Origin: Candidatus Bathyarchaeia archaeon
GTDB lineage: Archaea > Thermoproteota > Bathyarchaeia > 40CM-2-53-6
Direction: 5' to 3'
Assembly (NCBI GenBank): GCA_049513715.1
Contig: JBEKVV010000006.1
Coordinates: forward strand, 32,001 to 96,000
DNA length: 64,000 nt
The notes beneath the pieces are model-generated. The model was given only the letters and a program-made list of their open reading frames with translations. It ran no database searches and was not told where the DNA came from. Shown here in pieces: positions 39,286 through 48,514 of the stretch. The translations under genes were made by a program, and so were the position numbers. The stretch's first letter is position 1. Every line of letters begins with the position of its first letter.

Positions 39286-40602
39286 TTAGTTCACCCAGAC
39301 TGTTCTCTTAGCTGTGAATTCAAGCAACCCGTAGCGAGATAGCTCTGATCCAATTCCGCTCTTCTTCACGCCTCCGAACGGTAGACGTGGGTCTGAAGCG
39401 ACTACTTTGTTTATGAAGACCAAGCCAGCTTCGATGTATGGAACGAGTTTCTCCGCCTTCTCTGCCTCCCCCCACATCGAAGCGCCTAAGCCGAACGGTG
39501 TCTCATTTGCGATTCTGACAGCCTCTTCAGTGGTCTTGAATTTCTTGAGCACTGCGACCGGCCCGAATACTTCTTCATCGAATAGGGGTTCAATCCTTGC
39601 CACGGTTGGCGGAATGAAGTTCCCTTTGAGTCCTTGTGCGAGTTCTTCTACTGGGCCCATTGTTTTGAGTTTCTTGATTTGCTCAGCCACTGTGTCTTTT
39701 TGTTCTTTGCTGGATAGTGGTCCTAGGAACGTGTTGGTGTCGAGGGGGTCGCCGATTTTGACTTTGGAGAATTCTTCTTTCATTCCTTTGTAGAACTGTT
39801 CGAACACACTCTCGTGAACGATGAATCTTTTGGAAGCGATGCACGATTGACCGTTGTTCTGCATTCGTGCGTAAACGCAGTTCTTAATCGCTTGGTCAAG
39901 GTTCGAGCCGTCGAGAACAATGTACGGATCTGATCCGCCGAGCTCGAGCACTACTTTCTTGAGGTGTTTTCCTGCCTCTCCGGCTACCATTTCGCCAACT
40001 TCAGTGGATCCCGTCAATGAAACACCATCGGAGTACTTGATCGCCTCCAATGCTACCGGCCCGCGAGCAACCGTCGATTTGAAGACGTCCACGTCGAAGA
40101 TTTCCTGCATCTTGAGGCTGGTGCCGGTGACTATTGATGCGTGTTTGAGGAGGACGGCGTTGCCTGCTGCTAGGGCTGGAATCGCTGCACGTATGAATTG
40201 CCATGCGGGGAAATTCCATGGCATTATCAGAAAGACTACTCCGAGTGGGTCGAACCTGATATAGCTTTTCTTGGCCTCAGTTTTCACGTGCTCGGGCGCC
40301 AACATCTTTTCCGCGTTTTCTACAATGTAATCGGTTGTCCAAATGCACTTCTTGAGTTCGGCTTCGCTCTGAGTTACGGGTTTTCCCATCTCAGTACTCA
40401 TCAGTTGAGCGAGTTCCTTTGAGTTGGCTTCGAATCTCTTTCTTACTTCCTTGAGCTGCCGCAGTCTCTCGTCGATGTCGAGCCTCCATTGCTGCTGAGC
40501 TTTCCTTAAGCCAGCGATTTTCGTTTTGATGTCTTCGATGGACTCTTCCTTGTATTCGTGTAGCATCTTTTCTGTGTAAGGATTCGTCGTTTTGACGGTC
40601 AT
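39286..40602 (-). CDS. NAD(P)-dependent succinate-semialdehyde dehydrogenase-like ALDH
   Basis: IMPWNFP, LKHAS, LELGGSDP, NNGQSCIASKR, EEVFGPV, PFGGVKKSG. Confidence 0.88.
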   Translation of the reverse strand: MTVKTTNPYTEKMLHEYKEESIEDIKTKIAGLRKAQQQWRLDIDERLRQLKEVRKRFEANSKELAQLMSTEMGKPVTQSEAELKKCIWTTDYIVENAEKMLAPEHVKTEAKKSYIRFDPLGVVFLIMPWNFPAWQFIRAAIPALAAGNAVLLKHASIVTGTSLKMQEIFDVDVFKSTVARGPVALEAIKYSDGVSLTGSTEVGEMVAGEAGKHLKKVVLELGGSDPYIVLDGSNLDQAIKNCVYARMQNNGQSCIASKRFIVHESVFEQFYKGMKEEFSKVKIGDPLDTNTFLGPLSSKEQKDTVAEQIKKLKTMGPVEELAQGLKGNFIPPTVARIEPLFDEEVFGPVAVLKKFKTTEEAVRIANETPFGLGASMWGEAEKAEKLVPYIEAGLVFINKVVASDPRLPFGGVKKSGIGSELSRYGLLEFTAKRTVWVN

Positions 40603-40637
40603 CTCAGATCACCGTCTATTCCGAGGTCAAGCGAGGT

Positions 40638-42002
40638 TCAGATTGACTTTACCGCTTTCTCGTAGACGTTGAGTCCCTTTTGCATCAAATTCTCGCTGAT
40701 GATAAGCGGAGCCATGAATCTCATTACATTCCCGAAGTGGCCGCATGTGTGCATTAGCAATCCGTTCTCGAACATTGTTTTCCGAAGTCGCACCGCCAAA
40801 TCCTTCGCGGGTACCTTGCTGTCCTTTGATCCCACGATTTCATTGCCGATCATGAATCCTATTCCTCTGACCTCTCCGACATTCTTGCTGGCATTGGCAA
40901 TTCGTTCAAATTCCGACTTCGCCTTCGCACCTTGCTTCTCAGCTTTGCTGAGTAGGTTCTCTTGTTTGATGTAGTCGATGGTTGCTGCTCCCGCTGCCAT
41001 GGCGAGAGGGTTTCCGCGATAAGTGCCGAGATGGAATCCATCTGGAAGATTCTGATCGTATTCTTCGCGGTAGGTAATTAGTGAGAGTGGTAATCCGGCC
41101 CCGACAGATTTTGAGATGCACATTATGTCCGGGGAAGTGTTTGTTACTTCACAGCCCCAGAATTTTCCTGTTCTTCCGAATCCGGTTTGCACTTCATCAA
41201 TGATGAGCGGGATTTGGTACTTGTCCGCTAATTCCCTTAATCCTGGAAGGAAGTCGCTTGGTGGAATAATGTAGCCTCCCTCACCTTGGATTGGTTCAAC
41301 CAATATGCCCGCGGGCATGTCGAGGCCCGAGTGTTCGTCAGATAGCAGATTCTCTAGGTACCTAAGGATCACTTTGCCCTCGTCTCCTTTGTGCTCGACT
41401 GGAAACGGAAAGCGGTAGGAATAGGGGAAGGGCATGTGGAAGACTCCGTGCCTAACAGTTCCCGAGCTTTTCAGATATCCTCGGCTGGCTGTGAGGCTCA
41501 CGATGCCCTGGTGTATGCCATGATATGATCCTCCGAATGCGACGATCGTGCTTCTTCCCGTGACATGTTTTGCTAGGCTGATCGCCGCTTCACACGCGTC
41601 TCCTCCAGTAACCGTTATGAGCGCTTTCGAGTGGCCTCGCAATTTCCCTGGGAGAACAGAGTTCACCTTCTCAAGAAATTGAATTCTAATCTCAGTGGGG
41701 ATTTCAAGCGCATGCCAGATTCGGTCCATCTGAGCTTTGACAGCCGCGGTCACAGCTGGGTTGTTGTGTCCGACGTTTAGGACACAAATGCCGCTCAACC
41801 AGTCAATGAACGTGTTACCATCAACATCTTTGATGGTTGCCCCTCGAGCTGAATCAATCGCGAACGGGAAAGCCTTGCTGTAAATCACGGCTCGGGTTTC
41901 AAATTGCGATTGTTTCGAGAGGAGTTGTTTCGATTTTGGCCCAGGCGGTGTTACAAGTATCCGGGGCGCGTCTTCGTCACTTAATTCCTGAATAGTCACC
42001 AA
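40638..42002 (-). CDS. Class-III aminotransferase (4-aminobutyrate/diaminobutyrate type)
   Basis: PPGPKS, EPIQGEGG, DEVQTGFGRTG, SKSVG, GTYRGNP. Confidence 0.88.
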   Translation of the reverse strand: MVTIQELSDEDAPRILVTPPGPKSKQLLSKQSQFETRAVIYSKAFPFAIDSARGATIKDVDGNTFIDWLSGICVLNVGHNNPAVTAAVKAQMDRIWHALEIPTEIRIQFLEKVNSVLPGKLRGHSKALITVTGGDACEAAISLAKHVTGRSTIVAFGGSYHGIHQGIVSLTASRGYLKSSGTVRHGVFHMPFPYSYRFPFPVEHKGDEGKVILRYLENLLSDEHSGLDMPAGILVEPIQGEGGYIIPPSDFLPGLRELADKYQIPLIIDEVQTGFGRTGKFWGCEVTNTSPDIMCISKSVGAGLPLSLITYREEYDQNLPDGFHLGTYRGNPLAMAAGAATIDYIKQENLLSKAEKQGAKAKSEFERIANASKNVGEVRGIGFMIGNEIVGSKDSKVPAKDLAVRLRKTMFENGLLMHTCGHFGNVMRFMAPLIISENLMQKGLNVYEKAVKSI

Positions 42003-42205
42003 GACAAACCCTCACGAGAATGAGCGAAAACGTATCAAACGGGGTTATATGATTAAGGGATGACTATCGCCCGCAACTATCACGGCGTAAATTAGGTCGC
42101 TGTGCGGGAAATCTAAGATAGCTCGCATTTCCTCTGGCGAGTGGCCTGATGCAAAGCCTTAACTTTCAACAACTTGAGCATTCCCAAATCGTGGCCGGGT
42201 CCGCA

Positions 42206-43189
42206 ATGTCGAAACAGCAAAGGAACAGGAAGTTTCACAAACTCTTCTTTTCAACTGATGTGCATGCTTCTGAGGTCGCTTTCAGGAAGTTCATTAGCGC
42301 AGCCAAGTTTTACGAGGTCGACACTCTGGTTATGGGTGGAGATATTACTGGGAAAACCGTGGTTCCTCTTGTTCAAGCTCCGAATGGAAGGTACCATTTC
42401 AACTTCCAAGGGCAAGAATTCAACGACGTTCCTGCTGAGGCTTTGGCGGATCACGAGTCCGGAATGATGAACGCCGGCCTGTACCCCTCTAGGGTCTCAG
42501 AAAGCGAGTACGATTCGTTGAAATCTAACCCGGATAAAGTCACGGTGCTTTTTGAGAAACTAATGAAAGACCGCCTGACGCATTGGGCGGACATGGCTGA
42601 GGAGAACTTGGCTCCGCTTGGGGTGAAGTGTTATTGGACAGGTGGTAATGATGACCGGCAGGACGTACTTGAAGGTGCAAAGAGCACCGAACACTACGTG
42701 AACGTAGACGGCAAAGTTGTAACATTAGAAAGTGGGCATGAAATGATCAACGTTGGTTGGAGCAATCGAACCCCATGGAAGACCCCCAGGGAATGTACGG
42801 AGGAAGAAATAGCTGCCAAACTCGAACCCCTCGTGAGTAAGGTCAAGGAGTCTTCGAGTTGCATCTACAACGTGCACGTACCGCCTTTCGATTCGTCCTT
42901 AGACATCGCGGCAAAGCTCGACGAAAGTTATGACCCTCCGAAACCGATCATTCAAGGTGGTCAACAGGTTCTGATTCCTGTTGGTAGCACCGCCGTTCGC
43001 ACATCGATTGAAAAAGTGCAACCTCTATTGATGCTCTGCGGACATATTCACGAAGCGAAGAATGCGGTCAAAATAAAGCGAACCACTTGCATAAACCCAG
43101 GGTCCGAATACGCATCAGGGCTTCTACGCGGAGTCATAGTCAACCTGCTGAAGGACAAGGTTTTGAGTTATCAGTTCACATCAGGATAG
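42206..43189 (+). CDS. Icc-related metallophosphoesterase, copy 2
   Basis: TDVHAS, GGDITG, GGNDD, HVPP, GHIHE, INPGSEY; paralogue of 14456-15412. Confidence 0.85.
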   Translation: MSKQQRNRKFHKLFFSTDVHASEVAFRKFISAAKFYEVDTLVMGGDITGKTVVPLVQAPNGRYHFNFQGQEFNDVPAEALADHESGMMNAGLYPSRVSESEYDSLKSNPDKVTVLFEKLMKDRLTHWADMAEENLAPLGVKCYWTGGNDDRQDVLEGAKSTEHYVNVDGKVVTLESGHEMINVGWSNRTPWKTPRECTEEEIAAKLEPLVSKVKESSSCIYNVHVPPFDSSLDIAAKLDESYDPPKPIIQGGQQVLIPVGSTAVRTSIEKVQPLLMLCGHIHEAKNAVKIKRTTCINPGSEYASGLLRGVIVNLLKDKVLSYQFTSG

Positions 43190-43192
43190 AAT

Positions 43193-43226
43193 AGAAAAAA
43201 AAGAGAAAAAGGAAGGGGATCGAGGG
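43193..43226 (-). terminator. Oligo-pyrimidine/oligo-T terminator after APC permease 2
   Basis: Minus strand CCCCTTCCTTTTTCTCTTTTTTTTCT between convergent genes; typical archaeal U-tract. Confidence 0.55.
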
Positions 43227-43228
43227 AT

Positions 43229-44854
43229 CTAGACTGGTGGAATTTCTTTGAAAGCTAAGTCTAGGTTGATGCCGATCCTCTTCAGCCACCAACGTCTAAT
43301 GAAGAAGTAGGCAACCCAGAACAGGAAGATTGCTACCATTATTATGGCTGATGTCAGGTTTTGGAAGTTAATCACGCCGAGTCCTGGAACTGTAATGTAC
43401 CAGTAGAGCATCCAAGCGCTGAACACTGTGGCGATGATTCCGCAGATCGTTATCACCGGAATTCCCGCAATCTTGTACTTCGCCATCGGAGATGTATTGT
43501 AGACTTCCTTTCTTGTCCACGGGAAGATTGCACCGCCCATTGCTGTTCCAATATACATCACGGTAGCGACCGCCGTCACTGCGAGCGTTAATAGGATGTA
43601 GCCTGGGACGAAGTTGTAGATCCAGCTGTACACTACTCCGCCTGCTACCGCGAAGAATATGTGGGCGTTCACTGGGGTATGAGTTCGTTCGTTAACTGCG
43701 CTGACGACTTTGGGAAAGACTCCGTCGATAGACATGGCTACGGATACTCTTGTCCAACCAATTATGACGTTCCAGACAACCTGCACTGCATTTAGCAAGA
43801 TTCCTATGATCATAAAGAAGATCAGGAACGGGTTATCGGTCAGCACGGCAGCGAGGTTGCTGAACCATGGTGGAATTGGCATGCTCACGGTTCCCGTAAT
43901 GAAGTTCCCGTATGCTGCGCTGGCCAACCAATCTTGCCCAACCGTGTGGATGAAGGAATACGCCAGTATCATCATTAGAACTGTGCTGAAGAGTCCACCG
44001 CCCAGGTTGATGAAGAGTTGGTTCTTGAAGCTTGAAGCTCCCTGAATTTCACCAGCTTGTTCTTGCGTATACCCAACCCAACCCAGACTTGTCAATGCAA
44101 CTGGGATGACGAATAGTGTTGAGATGAGGGAGATGCCTGCGACTGGTGCGAAGCCGTTTGCGATTGCTTGCGTAGTAACGCTATGGTAGAAGTCGACCGT
44201 GCCAGGCGCTATAACGCTCATTTCTTGGTTGAATCGCTGAATGAACACCGCCTTGGGCGTCATGAGGAAGAGGGCTACCATTATGACGAAGCTAAGTAGG
44301 AAACCGTACCACATGACCCATTGTATTTGAACGAACAATTTGAAGCCCTTAATCAGAACAACAGCGCCGACCAAAGATGTGACTATGCTAGTGATCCAAA
44401 TGCCATAAGGTGTCGTGAACCAGAGTCCTAGATCCAGCATTTGCGTGTTGCCTGTCGAGAGCCCTAAGCCTGTGAACATTGGTGCCAATCCCAAGACCGA
44501 GGTTAACCATCCTCCCAGTGCCTCCCAGTGGAGGAAGAAGGTGGGAATCATTGTTGCGACTATTGCGAAGCCGATCCAAGGTTTGAGCGTGCGGCTTTGG
44601 AAGACGTAGTCGCCGCCAGTTCTGGGCATTGCAGCTGCGAGGCCTGAGTAGACAACGGCCAAGAATGCTGTGAGGATTCCGCAGATCATTATCCCCGTCG
44701 GGACATCTGCGTCGGGCCAGACGCCTAGCGATAGGAGGTAGACCCATGGAAAGATTACGCCGATGTTCAGGACATTGTATGCGAATGCTGAGTATGGTGA
44801 CATCACTCTGACGAGGCCGGATGACTTTCTTGCGAATACTTGGGTACTTTTCAT
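43229..44854 (-). CDS. APC-superfamily amino acid/polyamine permease, copy 2
   Basis: VFARKSSGLVR, MPRTGGDYVF, about 12 TM, C-terminal EIPPV. Confidence 0.88.
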   Translation of the reverse strand: MKSTQVFARKSSGLVRVMSPYSAFAYNVLNIGVIFPWVYLLSLGVWPDADVPTGIMICGILTAFLAVVYSGLAAAMPRTGGDYVFQSRTLKPWIGFAIVATMIPTFFLHWEALGGWLTSVLGLAPMFTGLGLSTGNTQMLDLGLWFTTPYGIWITSIVTSLVGAVVLIKGFKLFVQIQWVMWYGFLLSFVIMVALFLMTPKAVFIQRFNQEMSVIAPGTVDFYHSVTTQAIANGFAPVAGISLISTLFVIPVALTSLGWVGYTQEQAGEIQGASSFKNQLFINLGGGLFSTVLMMILAYSFIHTVGQDWLASAAYGNFITGTVSMPIPPWFSNLAAVLTDNPFLIFFMIIGILLNAVQVVWNVIIGWTRVSVAMSIDGVFPKVVSAVNERTHTPVNAHIFFAVAGGVVYSWIYNFVPGYILLTLAVTAVATVMYIGTAMGGAIFPWTRKEVYNTSPMAKYKIAGIPVITICGIIATVFSAWMLYWYITVPGLGVINFQNLTSAIIMVAIFLFWVAYFFIRRWWLKRIGINLDLAFKEIPPV

Positions 44855-44987
44855 GAACGGGCGATTGCGGTCGATTCCGTATATTACACTTTCCCAGCGC
44901 GAAGGTGAGAATTCGAGGTTAGCCGCGTCAAAAACAGAGATATGAGAACTTAGGGACAAGCATTGAGGGAGTATGTACTGTAACTGT

Positions 44988-45770
44988 TCAACGATTCACT
45001 TCTTCTACGTCCTTGTACCACTTACCCTTTGGCCCGACTTTAGCTCTCAGCCGCCATGAAAGCGCTTTTGGCTCTTTCTCTATTGCAGCAAGTAATTCCT
45101 CGATCTTACCGGATATATCGGCGCGATCGTCCACGCTCAATTCCACGAGTTGGGCCAGTCCACTTTCGATTTTCTGAAGGTTCGTGGTCATGGTGTAGTA
45201 GAAGCCCCAATCGCCTGATAGGAGCTTGGATATGTAACTAGCATCGATAGTCCTCTGAGCGTGACCTTTCACAATCGCGTGTTCACGCAAAATCATGATT
45301 GTATCTATGATGTCCTTCTGATTGATGTGGACAATCTGCATTTTCTCTAGCAACATGTCGGCAAGCGGGATAGTTAGGTCGTCAATATCCAGGCGTCTCT
45401 CGAAGGGAATGTCGTGGTTCATCTCCAACTTGTCGAAGAAGATGTCGGCATGGTGTCCATTTGATTTGTTATCCCAAATCATACGCCTGTGTCCGAACAG
45501 GGCTGTGACGGTTGGTTCGTCGGCATACCCGAATTCTTTCATCATTTCAGCCACTTTGTTTCCCTCCCTGCTGTACCCCGCGAAGTCGAGGTCGGTAAGG
45601 ATCCTGTTGAGCTTTCGACTCAGATAGTTGTATTTTGGGCATTGAATTTGGAATGCTATGGCGCCTAGAAGGCGCAAGTGTAGGTTGCGTTCCTTTGCTC
45701 CAGCAATTATGCGTCTTGCCTCCGCAATCATCGCCTCTGTTCGCTGTACATTATTCACTGTATTTTCCAA
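44988..45770 (-). CDS. Uncharacterised Pol-beta-fold nucleotidyltransferase-like protein, copy 2
   Basis: LRLLGAIA...LTDLDF...HADIFFD; TIPLADMLLEKMQIV; WRLRAKVG..KWY. Confidence 0.75.
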   Translation of the reverse strand: MENTVNNVQRTEAMIAEARRIIAGAKERNLHLRLLGAIAFQIQCPKYNYLSRKLNRILTDLDFAGYSREGNKVAEMMKEFGYADEPTVTALFGHRRMIWDNKSNGHHADIFFDKLEMNHDIPFERRLDIDDLTIPLADMLLEKMQIVHINQKDIIDTIMILREHAIVKGHAQRTIDASYISKLLSGDWGFYYTMTTNLQKIESGLAQLVELSVDDRADISGKIEELLAAIEKEPKALSWRLRAKVGPKGKWYKDVEEVNR

Positions 45771-45905
45771 TTTGTTGACCTGCAGTGTTTTTCGATAGAC
45801 ATTAGGATCGTGAATCTTGGTGGTCTTCGTGTGGTTTCCTCACGTAGCGTTCCATCAGATCGCTTTAATGTTTGTGAATTCCAGTAGCCCGCGTTTCCCG
45901 GTTTG

Positions 45906-47792
45906 TCACTTCTGCCGATGCTGAGCTCCCAATTCAGCTAACCCAAGTTCCTGAATTCCGACCGCCGTGGGCTTTCCTTGGTCGTCCCAGCCCCAGATGT
46001 GGTAGTATTCGGTGAGCATTTTCTCGAAGTCTTGAGTGGTGACAACTTTTCCTTTCGCGTTGCCATCGGGGAGGGGGTCGAGGTACATCCGAGGCGGCAT
46101 TATGTCGTCCTTCTTGGAGAAGCCCTCTCTCACGTTGAAGAGCCGCGCCAATGTCCAGATACGCTTCCCCATGGTTTTCATGGTCTCCTCGGTGTAGTTG
46201 GTTTCGCATGCTACGTTTAGGAGTCTTGCGCATAGGGCGAGGTTTGCAGCGAGGAAGTCGCACATTTCTATGCTCCATTTCACACTCGTTCGAATTTGAT
46301 CTGTTTGAACGATCTCGGCTTTGCCGTCTGGTGTGAATGGGTCAAGCTTTCCGAAAGCGTCGTAGCCAACCGGCCACGCCCTATTGTGGTCCGCGCCTCT
46401 CTCAGATGTTGCATAGGCTAGGGCCATTCCGAATGTTGCTCGAGGGTCGTAGCCAGGGTACTCCAGCCCTTTCGCGTGCACTGCGTATCTTTCTGAGCTT
46501 TTTCCTATCTGCTTTGATGCTTGTGCGACGCCCTCAGCTAGCACGTTTCCGATGCTTTTTCTCGTAGCGATGAGTTGAGGAAGTGCCACCGCTGCTTCCA
46601 CGTTTCCGAACTTAAGATCTAATCCACCGGTATCTTTCTTGGTCAAGATTCCTCTTTCGAAGAGTTCCATTGCCCATGCACAGACATTGCCTGCTGATAT
46701 TGTGTCGAGGCCCATGTTCGAGCAATCTTCGTTGAACTTCAAAATGACTCGTATGTCTCCGATGCCCATGTTAGAGCCGCATAACGCCAACGTTTCATAC
46801 TCGGGTCCCTCGCCTTCTAAGCCCGCGTATTGGCCGTCTTTGATTTTTGTAATGTTGCGGCATCCTATTGAACAGCTGTAGCAAGTTGTTGTATGCCGGA
46901 CAAGTATCTGGTCGGAGAGCGCGTCAGCGTTTATTTGATCGGCTTGAGCGAAGGTGCCAGCTTGGAAATTCCTTGTGGGAAGTAGGCCTGCGCCTTGGCT
47001 CAGAGCCACTATTCCCGGCGTTCCTGTTTTCATGAGCATTTCTTCATCGGGGTTTTCACGGATGTCTTTCTTGATGACTTCCCTGACCATGGTTAGGAAG
47101 GCTGGGTCAGAGTTTATGCTAAGGGCCTTGGCTTGTTTCGTTCCGCGCGCGGAAATTGCTTTCAGGTTCTTCGAACCCATGACGGCACCGGTCCCGCCTC
47201 TGCCGGCAAAGTGGTGCCCGTCGTATGCGATTGCTGCGAATCTCACCTTGTTTTCCCCTGCAGGTCCAATGCAGCCGACTTTGGGGCCGTCTGCGTAGTG
47301 GCGGGGGTTCTCGCCTGACTCTTTCACAATCAAATCGGTGGTTTCGAACACACCTTTGCCCCAGAGATGGCTTGCGTCTCTCAATTCCGCTTTTCCATCT
47401 TTGATTGCTAGATGTACGGGTTTGGGCGATCGTCCTTTGATAATGACTCCGTCGAATCCTGCGAATTTGAGTTCAGCGGGGAAGTACCCGCCGGAGTGAC
47501 TGTCGCTCATAGTCCCACTCAGGGGTGACTTGGTCACATTTGCCATGCGTGACATTGTGGAGGCCACTGTTCCTGTGAGCGGCCCAGTCATCAGAATGAT
47601 GGGGTTCTCAGGGGCGAAAGGATCAGTTCCCGGCCTGATGAGGTCATACAGATATCGGATACCAAGCCCTTTTCCTCCAATGAATTGCTCCGCCCAGTCA
47701 AATCGGAGTGGCTCTTCTCGCGTTTCGCCTTTCGTAAGGTCAACGGATAGGATTCTTCCGCAATATGCGCGGCCCGCTTTCAACATATACAT
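45906..47792 (-). CDS. Tungsten-type aldehyde:ferredoxin oxidoreductase family
   Basis: KSPLSG, IGPAGEN, GRGGTGAVMGSKNLKA, CYSCSIGC, EYETL, GLDTIS, YDPR. Confidence 0.9.
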   Translation of the reverse strand: MYMLKAGRAYCGRILSVDLTKGETREEPLRFDWAEQFIGGKGLGIRYLYDLIRPGTDPFAPENPIILMTGPLTGTVASTMSRMANVTKSPLSGTMSDSHSGGYFPAELKFAGFDGVIIKGRSPKPVHLAIKDGKAELRDASHLWGKGVFETTDLIVKESGENPRHYADGPKVGCIGPAGENKVRFAAIAYDGHHFAGRGGTGAVMGSKNLKAISARGTKQAKALSINSDPAFLTMVREVIKKDIRENPDEEMLMKTGTPGIVALSQGAGLLPTRNFQAGTFAQADQINADALSDQILVRHTTTCYSCSIGCRNITKIKDGQYAGLEGEGPEYETLALCGSNMGIGDIRVILKFNEDCSNMGLDTISAGNVCAWAMELFERGILTKKDTGGLDLKFGNVEAAVALPQLIATRKSIGNVLAEGVAQASKQIGKSSERYAVHAKGLEYPGYDPRATFGMALAYATSERGADHNRAWPVGYDAFGKLDPFTPDGKAEIVQTDQIRTSVKWSIEMCDFLAANLALCARLLNVACETNYTEETMKTMGKRIWTLARLFNVREGFSKKDDIMPPRMYLDPLPDGNAKGKVVTTQDFEKMLTEYYHIWGWDDQGKPTAVGIQELGLAELGAQHRQK

Positions 47793-48013
47793 CAGGACAT
47801 AGTGGTTCGGTTTCCGGTAAAAGAATTCATCGTATTCATAGTATTGTTTGCCAAGAAAGACAGGTTGTCTCGCAGAGAAAATGGTCGTGGAGATTAGGAG
47901 CGCGCCCGCACGCTTGAAGAGGAGGAAGGTGGGGGGGGGGGTTTACTTTCGTGGGGACAACCTGTTACCTTGCCCAGGATGCTTGACAACGTGTTGTCTT
48001 TGCGACGACGAGC

Positions 48014-48301
48014 CTAACCCCCTGATGTGGGGGGAAAAATCATCATGGTGGCGTCTTCTGTGACTTCTGCTGAGAACCCGCCCATCATGGAAACTGACCG
48101 ACCGTTCAAAAGAAATTGAAGATGAGGTCTTGGGTTGCCAGATTCAGGGTCAAAGAGGTACTCCTTCAGCTTGTCGCCGTGCCTAGCGGCGAGTGCTTTC
48201 AGAATCTCTAGGACTGTGGTGGCGCCTTCAAGCTGCAATGTCTCCTCCCGAACCCCGGCTTTTTCGCGGGCAGCTGCAAGGAATTTCACTGTCACTTTCA
48301 A
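48014..48301 (-). CDS. MoaD/ThiS/SAMP ubiquitin-like sulfur carrier
   Basis: KVTVKFLAAARE...LLNGR...IFPPTSGG with C-terminal GG; upstream of AOR. Confidence 0.85.
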   Translation of the reverse strand: MKVTVKFLAAAREKAGVREETLQLEGATTVLEILKALAARHGDKLKEYLFDPESGNPRPHLQFLLNGRSVSMMGGFSAEVTEDATMMIFPPTSGG

Positions 48302-48430
48302 ATCGGAGGTTCCCTTAGCGTAAATTTGCGAGTAATGGTTCCAGCGGTTACCCATAAACAATACCTGCCCGCAGGCGATTGCTTGTGTTGGGGTCCGGTG
48401 TCCGGATGGTCAGAGACAGTCTACGGATTC

Positions 48431-48450
48431 TATATAACGAACGTTAAATA
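48431..48450. promoter_or_regulatory. Palindromic operator, copy A
   Basis: TATATAACGAACGTTAAATA, 19/20 match to 49917-49936, upstream of the rSAM gene. Confidence 0.7.
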
Positions 48451-48514
48451 GCGTACTTGACCGTGCCTGAAACATTCGAGGATTCAAACGCTGCTCGGAG
48501 TTGACAAACTTAAC

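Noticed and set aside
47931..47941. Poly-G tract as a phase-variation switch (also 1321-1328)
   Set aside because: Intergenic and downstream of minus-strand genes, within pyrimidine-rich tracts on that strand; more consistent with terminator-like sequence.
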